Source of the DNA: an uncultured Pirellulaceae bacterium
GTDB lineage: Bacteria > Planctomycetota > Planctomycetia > Pirellulales > Pirellulaceae
DNA length: 64,000 nt
Direction of reading: 5' to 3'
NCBI GenBank assembly: GCA_964448575.1
Contig: CAYUWY010000037.1
Coordinates: 7,103 to 71,102 of the forward strand
The notes below the pieces were generated by a model. The model was not told the origin of the DNA, did not search any database, and saw only the letters and a program-made list of their open reading frames with translations. This document shows, piece after piece, positions 10,679 through 21,241 of this stretch. The stretch's first letter is position 1; each line of letters begins with the position of its first letter. The position numbers and the translations under genes are program-made.

Positions 10679-12391
10679 TCAATCAGGAAATGAATCGGAT
10701 CCGCCTTGCCCAGATAGCGAAGCAATCTTGAATTTCGTTTTGGAAACAATTTCATCCGGATATCCCAATTGGGAGAGGATCTTGATTGCATTGGTTGAAT
10801 CGCTAAACCCCGATCGGATCAAATAATCAAACACGAGCGTTTTGTCTTTGACGGTGTATTGGAAATGAAATTTTTCGTACTGACGATCGAGATATCTGAC
10901 CAGATCAAGATCATGAGTCGAGACGATAACCAGACCATTTTTCCGGGCAAGGTAATCAAGAATCTGTTCTGCCGCACAGATTCTTTCTTTGTTATTCGTC
11001 GTATTCAAAATTTCGTCGATGATGCACAAGGTTGATGACTTCGTCGTTTCAGCTGATTCGATTATCGAAAGCAGCCGCTTTGCCTGAGTAGCAAACAAAC
11101 TCATCCCTTCGCCAAGATCGTCGGTCGTGTTAATCGCAGTTACGACATGGAACTTGGATGCTGTGTATTCGGATGCGAGACACGTGAACAACGTTTGGGC
11201 GAGAATTGTATTGATTCCCATCGTCCGTAAAAACGTTGACTTGCCCGACATGTTCGCGCCGAGCACAAAACAGCCTTTTTCTTTCAGAGAAATTGAATTG
11301 GAGACGGCGTTGTTAACCAATGGATGAAAGAGGTCAGTTACTGACAAGCATTTGGGATCTGAGACGAAGGTGGGTTTACAATAAACTGGAAGTCCCGTCC
11401 TGAACGATGCAACCGCTTGCGCCGCGTCAAGACAACCAATGTCCTTGAACGCGTTTCTCAATTGCTGTTGATGCTTTTCAATGACATCAAGCGAGCGGTA
11501 AATCCCTTTGGCCTCTGTAAGAAATAGAATTGCAACGTAGTGCTGCACAATCTCAAGCCCTTCTGACAATCCGCCGCGAAACGGAATTAGCGCTCGTGCG
11601 TGGCCGGGAAGCCTGAAACAATCCTGAGCTGTTTTGAGTGGCCTTGTATCGGACTCGATCTCCGGAACGTTTAGATTTCCAATTTCCAGTGCAGCTTCAA
11701 CCAGCTTGCCAAGGTATCCAATGGCCGAAAACTTCGGCCCATGTTGACTTCGCGTTTTATAGTGGACCCAAGTGTTGAAAACGTAAACTGACAACAGCAA
11801 TCCAAATGCGATTGGAGTCCAAGCTTGTCCCAACGAGAAACTCAGAATAACGGCGACCAGAGAAATTGTTCCAACCTTCGAGAATACTGTCGCCAACGCT
11901 GGAAGACTTCCACGCGATGGAATGTCATCCCACATCAGCTCCAATACCCCAATCAACAAACTCTCTCGACCCAGGTTAATGAGAATCTCGCGGAGCCTTC
12001 GACGGGTTTCGGCATTGTTCTCGAGAAACGAAATGGTCCTGTCCCGGTCGGCCAGGACTCCCTCGTCAATTTGAATGTTTCGAAGTAAGCAATAGAGCTC
12101 GCACTCGCCGGCAGAGGTCAATGTTCGATCCAGTTCCTCGAACACCCCGTAAAGATCCAGGTCATGCCAGGTATTTTCATCCACGTAATAATCGCCGCCG
12201 CTTTCGTTGCGACGCGTCAGCAGTGAATGATAGACGGGCCATGGTCGGCTCTTTTCGATCGCCATTCCCCATGCATCGTGCACCTCTTCCGCTTGGCGTT
12301 GTTTTGCTGCATTTCGATTGCGATTCCCGAAATACCAACCTGCCAGATATAACAAGCTGAAGACCGCAATTGCAATCAAGATGCCTGTCAT
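10679..12391 (-). CDS. Membrane-anchored MutS-related ATPase (domain V only)
   Basis: HPLV..AVSNS, Walker A GANMSGKSTFLR, IIDEIL..TN and STHD. Has TM segments and no mismatch-binding domain. Confidence 0.85.
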   Translation of the reverse strand: MTGILIAIAVFSLLYLAGWYFGNRNRNAAKQRQAEEVHDAWGMAIEKSRPWPVYHSLLTRRNESGGDYYVDENTWHDLDLYGVFEELDRTLTSAGECELYCLLRNIQIDEGVLADRDRTISFLENNAETRRRLREILINLGRESLLIGVLELMWDDIPSRGSLPALATVFSKVGTISLVAVILSFSLGQAWTPIAFGLLLSVYVFNTWVHYKTRSQHGPKFSAIGYLGKLVEAALEIGNLNVPEIESDTRPLKTAQDCFRLPGHARALIPFRGGLSEGLEIVQHYVAILFLTEAKGIYRSLDVIEKHQQQLRNAFKDIGCLDAAQAVASFRTGLPVYCKPTFVSDPKCLSVTDLFHPLVNNAVSNSISLKEKGCFVLGANMSGKSTFLRTMGINTILAQTLFTCLASEYTASKFHVVTAINTTDDLGEGMSLFATQAKRLLSIIESAETTKSSTLCIIDEILNTTNNKERICAAEQILDYLARKNGLVIVSTHDLDLVRYLDRQYEKFHFQYTVKDKTLVFDYLIRSGFSDSTNAIKILSQLGYPDEIVSKTKFKIASLSGQGGSDSFPD

Positions 12392-12635
12392 TTAATACGG
12401 CTACTTGTTTGGGAAGAGTTTGGTCAAAAAATGCTCAACTCATTGTAAGCTATGGCCGCCTCTAGTCACCAATTACAATTCCGTTCCCCAATCCTCGCTC
12501 CAAAACCAGAGTTACCACGTCGCCTTTTCCAAATCAGGGACTGGCTCAACGGAAATCGCAAACAGCGCGATGTTGAAAAGCATGATCGAAGTTGCCGATC
12601 CATAATCGGTTGAAAGGTCCGTTTCGCTTTGAAAA

Positions 12636-14042
12636 CTAAATCTTGATCCGTTGCCAGCCGCCTTGAACGAACCTGGCCGTTACCATAACGCTTCGAATTA
12701 CGAGATCCGCGACCATCGCATACCAAGCACCCGCCACGCCCCAGCCGAGCCCTTGGATTGTGATGCCAAGTTCGGGAATTTCAAACGCTTCGAACGAGAA
12801 ATAGATGGCCAGCGGGATTCGGATTACAAAGAAACCGACTGCTGTAAACACAAACGGTAACAGTGTGTCTCCGGCGCCACGAAACGCTCCGCTGAGAATC
12901 ATCACTACTGCCAAACTTGGTAACGCAATGGCCACGATTTTTAGCAATTTGGCCACGTTGGCTGTCGTCGGATCGAATTGATCTTGGGTAAAGAAAACTG
13001 CGATTTCCAAACCGAAGAAATACAGCATGACTCCGCTGACGATCATGATTGTGCCGCCAACGCCAAGGCAAATTAAAACGCTTCGGCGCGCACGATCTGG
13101 CATGCCGGCCCCAAGAAACTGCCCCGCCATCGTGGCCGCTGCGACTTGAAACGCGGCGCCCGGTAGAAATGCACAAGCCTCAATTTGAACAGCCAGCCCA
13201 TGCGCAGCGGCAGATGCTTTCCCCAAACTGTTGATCAAAGCCAGAAACAACAACTGACTAAATAACAACGTTCCAATATCGAACCCGCCCGGCAGCCCAA
13301 TACGAAACATCTTTGAAAGGATCGACCATTCGGGTTTCATCCATCGCCAGCGCAACTGCAACCCGGCGCGCCCGCGGATCAAGATAGCCAAAATAATCAG
13401 CCCCCCAACTGCGTATCCTGACGCCGTTCCAATTGCGATTCCTTTCCAACCGATGCCGTCAAACCAGCCCCAGCCAGTTACAAAAAACGTGCTGACCAAA
13501 ACGTTAATGATCACAACAATGGCTTTGACAACAAATCCCGAAATAGTATCCCCCGCACCGCGCAAGCAGGCGGCTCCGATTTGGGAACACATAATTAAAG
13601 GGATCAACGGGGTGACGATCCGTAAATATTCAAGCGCGTAGTCCGCAGCGTCGCCTTTGAGCTGCATCACCGAAATAAAGGCCGGACCAAAAAACCAGGT
13701 GACCAACGTCAAAGCTGCCGCGATTAAACCAGCGATCAGATACGCTTGGTTCGCCGCGCGTTTTGCGGACTCAAAATCTTCCGCGCCGATCCAGCGCGCG
13801 ATCAAGGCTGTGGCACCGATGGCAACGACTGAAAACATGCTGGGGATCAGCCACATCAAATAGGCCATCAACCCCATGGCTGCCTTGGTCGCGTCTCCGT
13901 CTTCGGCAAAGTAACGGCTGGCCAAGAGCCAATCCGTCCAGGTCACCATCAACACCAAAAACTCCTCCGCAAGAGCGGGTATTGCCATACGTAGCATGGG
14001 CCGAAAATCGGAGGAAGAATCGGTGACTGAGAATTTTTTCAA
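12636..14042 (-). CDS. MATE family efflux transporter
   Basis: About 12 TM helices with duplicated RGAGDT motifs. Confidence 0.9.
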   Translation of the reverse strand: MKKFSVTDSSSDFRPMLRMAIPALAEEFLVLMVTWTDWLLASRYFAEDGDATKAAMGLMAYLMWLIPSMFSVVAIGATALIARWIGAEDFESAKRAANQAYLIAGLIAAALTLVTWFFGPAFISVMQLKGDAADYALEYLRIVTPLIPLIMCSQIGAACLRGAGDTISGFVVKAIVVIINVLVSTFFVTGWGWFDGIGWKGIAIGTASGYAVGGLIILAILIRGRAGLQLRWRWMKPEWSILSKMFRIGLPGGFDIGTLLFSQLLFLALINSLGKASAAAHGLAVQIEACAFLPGAAFQVAAATMAGQFLGAGMPDRARRSVLICLGVGGTIMIVSGVMLYFFGLEIAVFFTQDQFDPTTANVAKLLKIVAIALPSLAVVMILSGAFRGAGDTLLPFVFTAVGFFVIRIPLAIYFSFEAFEIPELGITIQGLGWGVAGAWYAMVADLVIRSVMVTARFVQGGWQRIKI

Positions 14043-14340
14043 AGGATATTAAGGGAGTTTAGGGGCCATAAAGCAGCCAGAATGTTGATAATTTTCGTTT
14101 TCAATGTGAAATTGAGGCGAATTTGTAGACTTAAGGAGTCAAGGTGAATTCCACATTTATTCCGTCAAGCCCCTTAACAAGTGCTTCAAACGGTGTAGCC
14201 TATTCCCCCGAGACGATAGGGACACTTTGATCAGGTAATTTTAACATCGTTTTTTTCAAACCTTATCAAATGTTTTTCCCCATTCTGGATCAGACCGTTT
14301 TTGGTCTGATATTACTAGAGCATTGCGACGGGATTCAAAA

Positions 14341-15564
14341 ATGCGTTTTACTACAAGTTTGACCTTCTTTGTATTATTCACATCATTCTTCATAACTCAG
14401 GCCTCAGGCGCCACCTTTCAAGCATCCCCCAATCTTTCTCCATCTCAGCAGCAACTGGCTAATTGCGAGCGAGTCGCTAAGGCGGGAGACGTCCTCCAGG
14501 CCTTCGATCTTGCCAAGCAGGCTCGAACGGTTTACTCCGCCGAGCGGATGTTCAACATCATGTACATGAACTCCTTGATAACGATCGCGGAGAATAAAGG
14601 GACTACTCACGATGCAAAAATTCTTAACGAAGTTATCAAAGTCGTAAATGAGCTTCGAGCGACCAAGCAGTTCGATGGCAACGCCGATCCGGAGATGGCT
14701 TTCCATTTGATGAAAGTTCTTGGGCGACTAAGTTCAGTCACGACCGAAGTCAACGAGCGAGTGTCGAGCAAGGTTCGAATTTACGAAGGCAAGATTGCCG
14801 TCAACCTCAAAGCAAACGCGGGCTACCCAAAGAACGCACTTGAGGCACTCGCCGCACCGATGATCAGCATGGCTCAGGGCTATGCGATCCGCGACGATCA
14901 GAAGAACGCTTATACTTCTTTGCAGTTGGCGGTTGACGCTGGCTTTGGAGATTTTGAAACGATTCTTAAAGACCCGTTCCTCAGCCGACTCAACGACCGA
15001 TCAGGTTTGGAAGAATTGGTTGAAGACGATCTTAAGTATCGCTACCGTCGCTCAATCGCCAAGTGGAGCCGAACAGTTGTTTCTCAGTTCCAGTCCTTCC
15101 CAATTAATTTTGACGTAGCTGACGCCCAAAGCAGTAGTCGAATCTCAAACCGCGACTACGTGGGCAAAGTTTTGGTGTTGGACATGTGGGCGACTTGGTG
15201 TCCGCCGTGCCGAAAAGGAATTCCTCACTACATCGAGCTTCAGAAGAAATACGAAGACCAGGACGTTGCCGTCTTGGGTGTCTCAATGGACAACCCAAAC
15301 GATCCAACGAGTGCCTTGGATGACGTTCGAAAGTTCATGGAAGAGTACAAATTTAACTACGCATGCGGGATGGGCGATCAATCGCTTAACGCTATTCTGC
15401 CTGGCAAGTCGGTTTTGCCGACTACGATTTTTGTAGATCAATCTGGCAACGTGCGTTACATCGCCCGCGGCTATCATGATTACGCAAAGGTCGAAGCGAT
15501 CACAAAGATCCTTGTCTCGGAAAGCCAACCTGTTCGAACCACCACCCGTTCGCTCAGCAACTAA
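14341..15564 (+). CDS. Exported TlpA-like disulfide reductase with helical N-terminal domain
   Basis: Signal peptide, GKVLVLDMWATWCPPC and LPTTIFVD. Confidence 0.85.
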   Translation: MRFTTSLTFFVLFTSFFITQASGATFQASPNLSPSQQQLANCERVAKAGDVLQAFDLAKQARTVYSAERMFNIMYMNSLITIAENKGTTHDAKILNEVIKVVNELRATKQFDGNADPEMAFHLMKVLGRLSSVTTEVNERVSSKVRIYEGKIAVNLKANAGYPKNALEALAAPMISMAQGYAIRDDQKNAYTSLQLAVDAGFGDFETILKDPFLSRLNDRSGLEELVEDDLKYRYRRSIAKWSRTVVSQFQSFPINFDVADAQSSSRISNRDYVGKVLVLDMWATWCPPCRKGIPHYIELQKKYEDQDVAVLGVSMDNPNDPTSALDDVRKFMEEYKFNYACGMGDQSLNAILPGKSVLPTTIFVDQSGNVRYIARGYHDYAKVEAITKILVSESQPVRTTTRSLSN

Positions 15565-15738
15565 GAAGTTTGAATTCGTTTTGGGCAAAGACCGAAGGTC
15601 GGACGGGGCCTTCTTCGGTGGGTCCATGACGTAAGTGCGCTTAACTCGGGTGAACCCGGAATCGGGGCAAAGAGCGCTTTGGCGAACGGCGGCGACACAA
15701 AGCGTGGGTCCTCCTACTCTGGCCAAGGGCCATTTTGC

Positions 15739-15931
15739 TTTGGCCAACGGCCATGTTCACCGTAGCCTAGGGCATCGCCCTAGGAATGCGTAAACAACAA
15801 TCTGCTTTGGCTGAAGGCCATATTCAATCGTGAAAGTGTTGGATGAGTTTGGCCTTCAGCCAAAACGGTTGGATCGACTCCACACCTAGGGCGATTGCCC
15901 TAGGCTACGGTAAAAAAGGCCGTTGGCCAAA
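15739..15931. repeat. REPIN-like nested inverted repeat (~193 bp)
   Basis: Paired arms: TTTGGCCAACGGCC/GGCCGTTGGCCAAA, ACCGTAGCCTAGGGC/GCCCTAGGCTACGGT and TTGGCTGAAGGCC/GGCCTTCAGCCAA. The right half recurs at 37779-37865. Confidence 0.85.
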
Positions 15932-15938
15932 CGTGCTT

Positions 15939-16075
15939 GGCCTCCATCTTGGACCTTAACGCGGCCTCAGCTTGAAACGTCACGCTCGGTCGACGCTTGC
16001 CAGACCTCTTCAAACGCCGGTTCAACGTCATTCACACCCCGGGTCATACGCCGGGGCCTTAGGTCATAAAGGACC
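15939..16075 (-). ncRNA. Candidate structured RNA (rod-like hairpin), family unknown
   Basis: GC-rich intergenic stretch with nested G-U-containing stems on the minus strand: GGCCCCGGC/GCTGAGGCC, CGGCGTTTG/CAAGCGTCG and GACCTAA/TTAAGGTC. Confidence 0.3.
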
Positions 16076-16294
16076 ACTGGTTGATATTTATAATCATGTT
16101 GTTTGGCTGGTTTGCCAATGCTTGGCCGCACGCAATGCGGTCTGAATTTGTCGGTCGCTTTCACGTAATAGCCTAAACTAGAAGGATCCTTCGGCAACGC
16201 CTGAGCTTCATTCCCGAGCCTGTTCTCTCTTCAGGTCTGTATTGGCCATTTGAGATGTGCTAACCTGTTTTCATCTACATCTAACAGGTTGCCA

Positions 16295-17224
16295 ATGACT
16301 GCTGACCAACTCAAGCAATTTCACAACGAGCTGAAAAGCGTGTTGGCAGCTGGAGTTTCTCTGGGCAAACCAAAGCTCACTAACGCGAACTTGGATCGGT
16401 TCGAATCCACCATTCTTAAAGGTCTGGATCAAAACTCAAATCAGCCGATCACCAAAGCTTTTAACTCCTCCGATTCGTCGCACGGTCTGCCACCTCAGTA
16501 CTTGGCGGCATTGGAGACCTTCGAGCAAACCGGTTCGATTGCGCCCGTTCTCGATGGACTGGCCGAACACTCGGTCGTTGAAGACCAGCTTGCTCGTATC
16601 GTTCGCGGTGCTTTTTTATATTTGGCGATAATATTGGCAATTACAGTCGCAGGACTTTGCTGTTTCGTTTGGTATGTTTCGCCCGTGCTGTATGGACTTC
16701 GCGAAGACCCAGGCGCTAGAGCAGCCAATCGTGTGACTGATCTGTTCGATACTTCGCCCTTGCTCTTGGGCGTCGCGGTTGTAATTGGAATCGTTCTGCT
16801 GGCTATTTTATTCGGGATGATGGCAGGGCGATTAGGAAAGATTGCACTTTGGTTCGGCGGCAAGCAATACATGCGATTCAAAATCGTCAGCCGAACGCTT
16901 CGTATTTTGCAAACGCTACTTGATTCAAATATGCCAGTCGCTGAGGCAGTCGCGACCAGTTGTCAACTAACTAACGCTGATCCCGCCGCTGCCATTGATG
17001 TTGAATCAGCAGCAGTCAATTCGGACAATCCTCAAGTCACAAAAATCGCTTCATATTTCTCGTTGCTCGCCGGTCGTCGATTGAATTACTTAAAAGTATC
17101 GATTCCAAGTGTTTTGTTGTTTGGAGTCGGTGGCGTTGCTACGGCCATATATTGCCTTGCTTTGTTCTCTCCCATTATCTCGCTGTTGCAGGAAGTCTTA
17201 AAAGCAAACGAGGTGTTCAATTGA
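16295..17224 (+). CDS. Divergent type II secretion F / PilC-like membrane protein
   Basis: EQTGSIAPVLDGLA..YLAIIL pattern and C-terminal ALFSPI. Confidence 0.65.
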   Translation: MTADQLKQFHNELKSVLAAGVSLGKPKLTNANLDRFESTILKGLDQNSNQPITKAFNSSDSSHGLPPQYLAALETFEQTGSIAPVLDGLAEHSVVEDQLARIVRGAFLYLAIILAITVAGLCCFVWYVSPVLYGLREDPGARAANRVTDLFDTSPLLLGVAVVIGIVLLAILFGMMAGRLGKIALWFGGKQYMRFKIVSRTLRILQTLLDSNMPVAEAVATSCQLTNADPAAAIDVESAAVNSDNPQVTKIASYFSLLAGRRLNYLKVSIPSVLLFGVGGVATAIYCLALFSPIISLLQEVLKANEVFN

Positions 17225-18417
17225 ACCACTCAGATACAACCAGCATTGGCGAACCCAATTGGGATTTGATCTTGGCCAATCGCGGACTGATTGCCAATGA
17301 ATTAGGAGAACTCGCGGCAAGTCTTCCCGAGGCCCGCCACCAATTGCGAGGAATCCAGCGTTGGTTTGCCGGTTCAGATAACCATGAATCAGCAACTCGA
17401 CGTTGTGACGTGCTTCCGTTTTGTTTGGCTCTTGAGCTCGAAACGGAGTCTCTGAAATCCAAAGACGTTATCGCTCATAAAGTTCTTAACGCGTTTTGCT
17501 CTGTCGGAAAAGACACTGCAACCTCGCGGCAATTGTTAAAGCTTTTGCTTTACCCTCTTTTGTTGCTAATTGTGTTCGTAATGATCCTGATTTGTTTTTC
17601 AATCTTTGTCTCGCCAATTTTTGAAACCATGTTCGCTGAGTTTGGCATTGAATTGCCATTTATCACAAATCTCGTGCTCGATGCTGCTGAAACGATACGT
17701 AACTATTGGTGGCTGAGTATCGTCGTTCCTGCGTTGTTGATTATTTCTATCTGGATGCTGGATCGACTGACGGTTGGCAGCCGGCCAGGAAACATGAATT
17801 TCATTGACCAAAAAACGATCGGTGACCGAACAGCACTGGGAAATTGGTCATGGCATCTTGCTCATTTGCTTAAATCAGGAATCGAAGAGGATGAAGCCGT
17901 TTTGATTGCTGGAGAGTCTTCGGGCAAAAGCTGGGTAAATACGCTCAGCCGCAATTGGGGCTCAAGCTTCCTGGACGAGTACGGCGATCGAATGGATTCG
18001 AAATCGGCCAGCGAGATAGTGGCTGATAAAACGGTGCCTGATACAACCGCAGAATCTCACTCGGCCGATTGGCAACCTGAAATGGCTCAAGTGGCCGACG
18101 ATCAAACTTCGGTATCAACAGCAACTGAAGTTTCAGCACACGCGCCACCGGTCATCAGTCGTGACACGTTTTACCCCGGCGAGCGGTTCGGATTCTTAAA
18201 CTCGGTCATGGCGTTACCTGCTTCGCCTGCGAAAATCGAAATGCTCAAAGAAGTCGCTTACTACTATTGGGATCGCAGTAGCAATGCAAGTGGCTGGTGG
18301 ATTTACTTGATCAATTTGGCCATCTTCTTGGCGATTGTTTTTTTCATTTTTACTGTCGTTGTGGCGCTGTTCATGCCGTTGATCGCAATCGTTTCCGGGC
18401 TTACGTCAGTTAAATAG
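17221..18417 (+). CDS. Type II secretion F / PilC-like protein
   Basis: LLYP..PIFETMFAEFGIELPFIT and ALFMPLI. TTG start overlaps the previous stop, with GAGGTG upstream. Confidence 0.75.
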   Translation: MNHSDTTSIGEPNWDLILANRGLIANELGELAASLPEARHQLRGIQRWFAGSDNHESATRRCDVLPFCLALELETESLKSKDVIAHKVLNAFCSVGKDTATSRQLLKLLLYPLLLLIVFVMILICFSIFVSPIFETMFAEFGIELPFITNLVLDAAETIRNYWWLSIVVPALLIISIWMLDRLTVGSRPGNMNFIDQKTIGDRTALGNWSWHLAHLLKSGIEEDEAVLIAGESSGKSWVNTLSRNWGSSFLDEYGDRMDSKSASEIVADKTVPDTTAESHSADWQPEMAQVADDQTSVSTATEVSAHAPPVISRDTFYPGERFGFLNSVMALPASPAKIEMLKEVAYYYWDRSSNASGWWIYLINLAIFLAIVFFIFTVVVALFMPLIAIVSGLTSVK

Positions 18418-18419
18418 TA

Positions 18420-19514
18420 ATGGTCGAAACATCCAACAATTTGAAAACACTTGATCGATATGCCTGCGGGCAGATCGCGGAGGAAATGTTCGCAGCTTGC
18501 TCGCCCATTCAGCGTTCGTTGTTGCGAACTTTGATCGTGTGTCGGCATAGCGGGGTTAGTCCCGTGCACATCATGTCTGGTTTTGCGAATGAGTTTAGAA
18601 ACCGAACAGGGAAAGACATTTGGTCGTTTGCTACCGCGCTTGGTGATGGAAATGACTTTATTGACGCATTGGATGCGAATGCTGAGTTGCTTCCTCCAAT
18701 ATGCCGGGTAGGATTGCGCACTGCAAAAGAAGCAGGGCACTTGGATTTGCTGGAAAACGCGTTGATTGAACGACTAGCCGAGAGCAAGTCACCAGTGCCC
18801 GGTGATTCGACTTTGGGAGCGGTAGCTCGGCTGATGTTTCGAGCGCTTTTTGTGTCTTGGATTCTGGGTTTTATTTTGTTGAGAATTGCCCCGGAGTTTT
18901 TAACGATGTTTGAGGAGTTCGGTATCGAGCTTCCTGGTGTTTTCAAAGTTCTGATATCACTTTCAGATCTGGCCGTTAAACTTTCGCCCATTTTTGTGCT
19001 CTTTGTCATGGTTGCGATGTTTTTTCTTGGTAAACATTTGATATCTGCGTTGGCCAGATGGCTGTCATCCAGTGGGAATTTGCCGCGTGCGTCTGCGGGG
19101 GTAAATAGCAAGCGAATATTGGCTTTGGTGACGCAAATAGGGCAAGCTATCCCGGCAAGCGTAAAGAAATTGGCTTCCGTCTATTCCCATGAAAAATGGG
19201 TAAAGCGATTTACGTCGGCGAACAAACACATCAGCAACGGAAAAGCTCAGTTGAATGCTTTGGTCAAAGCGAGAGTCATCAAACGCAATGAAGTTCCCTC
19301 GCTCGCCATGTGCAATTCGAGTGAAACGCAGGCTTGGTTGCTTCGGCGTGGGGCTTTATCGCAAGGCAATTTCGAAGAGACTCGTGGCATCGTCATTGTA
19401 AAATTAATGCTCAGTTGCTTGCACATTTTCTTGGCCGCTGTCGTATTGATGACGGCGCTGAGTATTTTTATGGCTCTAATTTCGATTATGAACGGCCTCG
19501 CGGCAAATATTTAA
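18420..19514 (+). CDS. Type II secretion F / PilC-like protein
   Basis: PEFLTMFEEFGIELP motif and C-terminal TM. Confidence 0.75.
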   Translation: MVETSNNLKTLDRYACGQIAEEMFAACSPIQRSLLRTLIVCRHSGVSPVHIMSGFANEFRNRTGKDIWSFATALGDGNDFIDALDANAELLPPICRVGLRTAKEAGHLDLLENALIERLAESKSPVPGDSTLGAVARLMFRALFVSWILGFILLRIAPEFLTMFEEFGIELPGVFKVLISLSDLAVKLSPIFVLFVMVAMFFLGKHLISALARWLSSSGNLPRASAGVNSKRILALVTQIGQAIPASVKKLASVYSHEKWVKRFTSANKHISNGKAQLNALVKARVIKRNEVPSLAMCNSSETQAWLLRRGALSQGNFEETRGIVIVKLMLSCLHIFLAAVVLMTALSIFMALISIMNGLAANI

Positions 19515-19526
19515 TTTAAATAAATC

Positions 19527-19973
19527 ATGCGAAACAGAATCCAAAACTCGAAATCAGCTTTCACGTTGGGGGAAATCCTCGTCACGTGCGTGCTGATGAT
19601 CACCGTTATGGGCTTTATCACAACGATTTGTGTTAGCGCGAATCGTGTTTGGAAAGACATCGGCCAGCGTCGAATTGCAGTTTGTGAGTTAAGTAATCAC
19701 CTCGATTCGATCACACAATTGAATGTCGGCCAAGCCACCGAAGCCATCGCTGCACTTGAGCCTTCCAGCCAGTGCGCAACCGTTTTGCGATCACCTGTTC
19801 TTGCGGGCAAACTCGTCACCGACAATCTCGGAACCCGTATCGAGTTACAGCTCGATTGGAAACGCCGTTTTCCTGGCAAACCAGTTACCCTGTCAGGCTG
19901 GTTGATAAATACCTCACCGAGTTCGCCAGAGGAAACTGGAAAAGATGCTGACGAGGAGGGGAAGCAAGAATGA
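19527..19973 (+). CDS. Prepilin-like (pseudopilin) protein
   Basis: AFTLGE class III signal followed by a hydrophobic helix. Confidence 0.7.
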   Translation: MRNRIQNSKSAFTLGEILVTCVLMITVMGFITTICVSANRVWKDIGQRRIAVCELSNHLDSITQLNVGQATEAIAALEPSSQCATVLRSPVLAGKLVTDNLGTRIELQLDWKRRFPGKPVTLSGWLINTSPSSPEETGKDADEEGKQE

Positions 19974-20815
19974 ATCGAAGGAGAAAACTTAACAACAGTA
20001 AACAAAGCCAATTTTTGCAACTGCCAAAACGACGTTCTAGCGGTCGGTCCGGTTTCACCCTGTTTGAGCTCCTTATCGCGATGTCAATCTCAACCGTGTT
20101 GTTGACAGTGAACGTGATTTGGATTCGCCAAACGATGAAGTATGCAAGAGTGCAAAAAGTTCGGCAGGAAAGTCATCAAACGCTAACGCGGCTAGGCTGG
20201 CAGTTTCGTGATGATGTCCAAACCTGCCGCAAGGCCGTTGTTGACGGGCCCAAGTTGGAATTGAGTTTTGACGAGGGAGTCACTGCCGTCTACCAAGTTA
20301 ATGATCAAGGCATCTCTGTGCAGCGTTTTTCAGGCCAAGACAAAACGGCTCCTCAAAGTGTGGATTCTTTTAAACTTGCTCCCAACGCGATTGCGAAATG
20401 GCAGTCTGATGAACTTCCGAATTGGGTTGGGCTAGAAGTAAAACGAGGAAATGAGACGTTGCCGGTAAAGAAAGCCGATACCAAGAAAGCAAAATCCCAG
20501 ACGAAAGCCACGCCGAAGTTTACACCACCAACTTTGACTCCAAACTCCGTCGATCTGTACCTGCGCGTCAGCCCAAACCGATGGAAGAAGACGATTTCGG
20601 AATTCAAAGTCGCAGCCAAGAAGCCAGCCAAATCAAGCGCCCCCAACAAAGCCGATGAAGAGTTAGGCAAATCTGAGAAACCAGCATCTAAGAAACCAGA
20701 AGTCGAAAAACCAAAAGTCGAACCAAAACTTGAACAACCAAAAAACGAAAAACGACGGCTGGAAAAACCAGACGTTAAAGATGTATCTGGCGAAAAAGTG
20801 GAGGGCAAGAAATGA
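19970..20815 (+). CDS. PulJ/GspJ-like prepilin with K/E/P-rich tail
   Basis: GFTLFELLIAM. Confidence 0.75.
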   Translation: MNRRRKLNNSKQSQFLQLPKRRSSGRSGFTLFELLIAMSISTVLLTVNVIWIRQTMKYARVQKVRQESHQTLTRLGWQFRDDVQTCRKAVVDGPKLELSFDEGVTAVYQVNDQGISVQRFSGQDKTAPQSVDSFKLAPNAIAKWQSDELPNWVGLEVKRGNETLPVKKADTKKAKSQTKATPKFTPPTLTPNSVDLYLRVSPNRWKKTISEFKVAAKKPAKSSAPNKADEELGKSEKPASKKPEVEKPKVEPKLEQPKNEKRRLEKPDVKDVSGEKVEGKK

Positions 20816-21240
20816 TCGTCCGTTCAAGAAGGCCCAAATCAAAGCGTTACAACCAACGTTCTGGCGGCATCCTCGTCATTGCATTGGTTAGTTTGTCGGT
20901 TGCCACCGTCATCATGCTTTCCATTCTTAACTCAAGTAGTCGCAGTCGAATTCAATTGAGAAATGAACTGCGGATTGAGCAAGCCCGCTGGCTGCTTGAT
21001 GGTGGCGTATCTCATGCTTTGGCAAGCGTTGAAAAACAAGCCGACTACATGGGAGAAACGATTGCAGTTGCTCCTCAGCTAGACGGTAGATCCAAAGCAA
21101 CGGTGGAGATTTCCGTTGATCGTCCGGAGGGCTCAAAAACAATTAGTATTCGTGTCACTGCCAAAATTACATCCGGAAATCAGGTGTCGCAGCGATCAAA
21201 ACAGGTTAAATTGAATGAATTACCAACTAAGGAAAATTAA
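20812..21240 (+). CDS. GspK/PilX-like minor pseudopilin
   Basis: RSGGILVIAL..EQARWLLDGG pattern. Confidence 0.6.
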   Translation: MIVRSRRPKSKRYNQRSGGILVIALVSLSVATVIMLSILNSSSRSRIQLRNELRIEQARWLLDGGVSHALASVEKQADYMGETIAVAPQLDGRSKATVEISVDRPEGSKTISIRVTAKITSGNQVSQRSKQVKLNELPTKEN

Positions 21241-21241
21241 A

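Noticed and set aside
10679-12391. Mismatch-repair mutS
   Set aside because: Only the ATPase domain plus TM segments are present.
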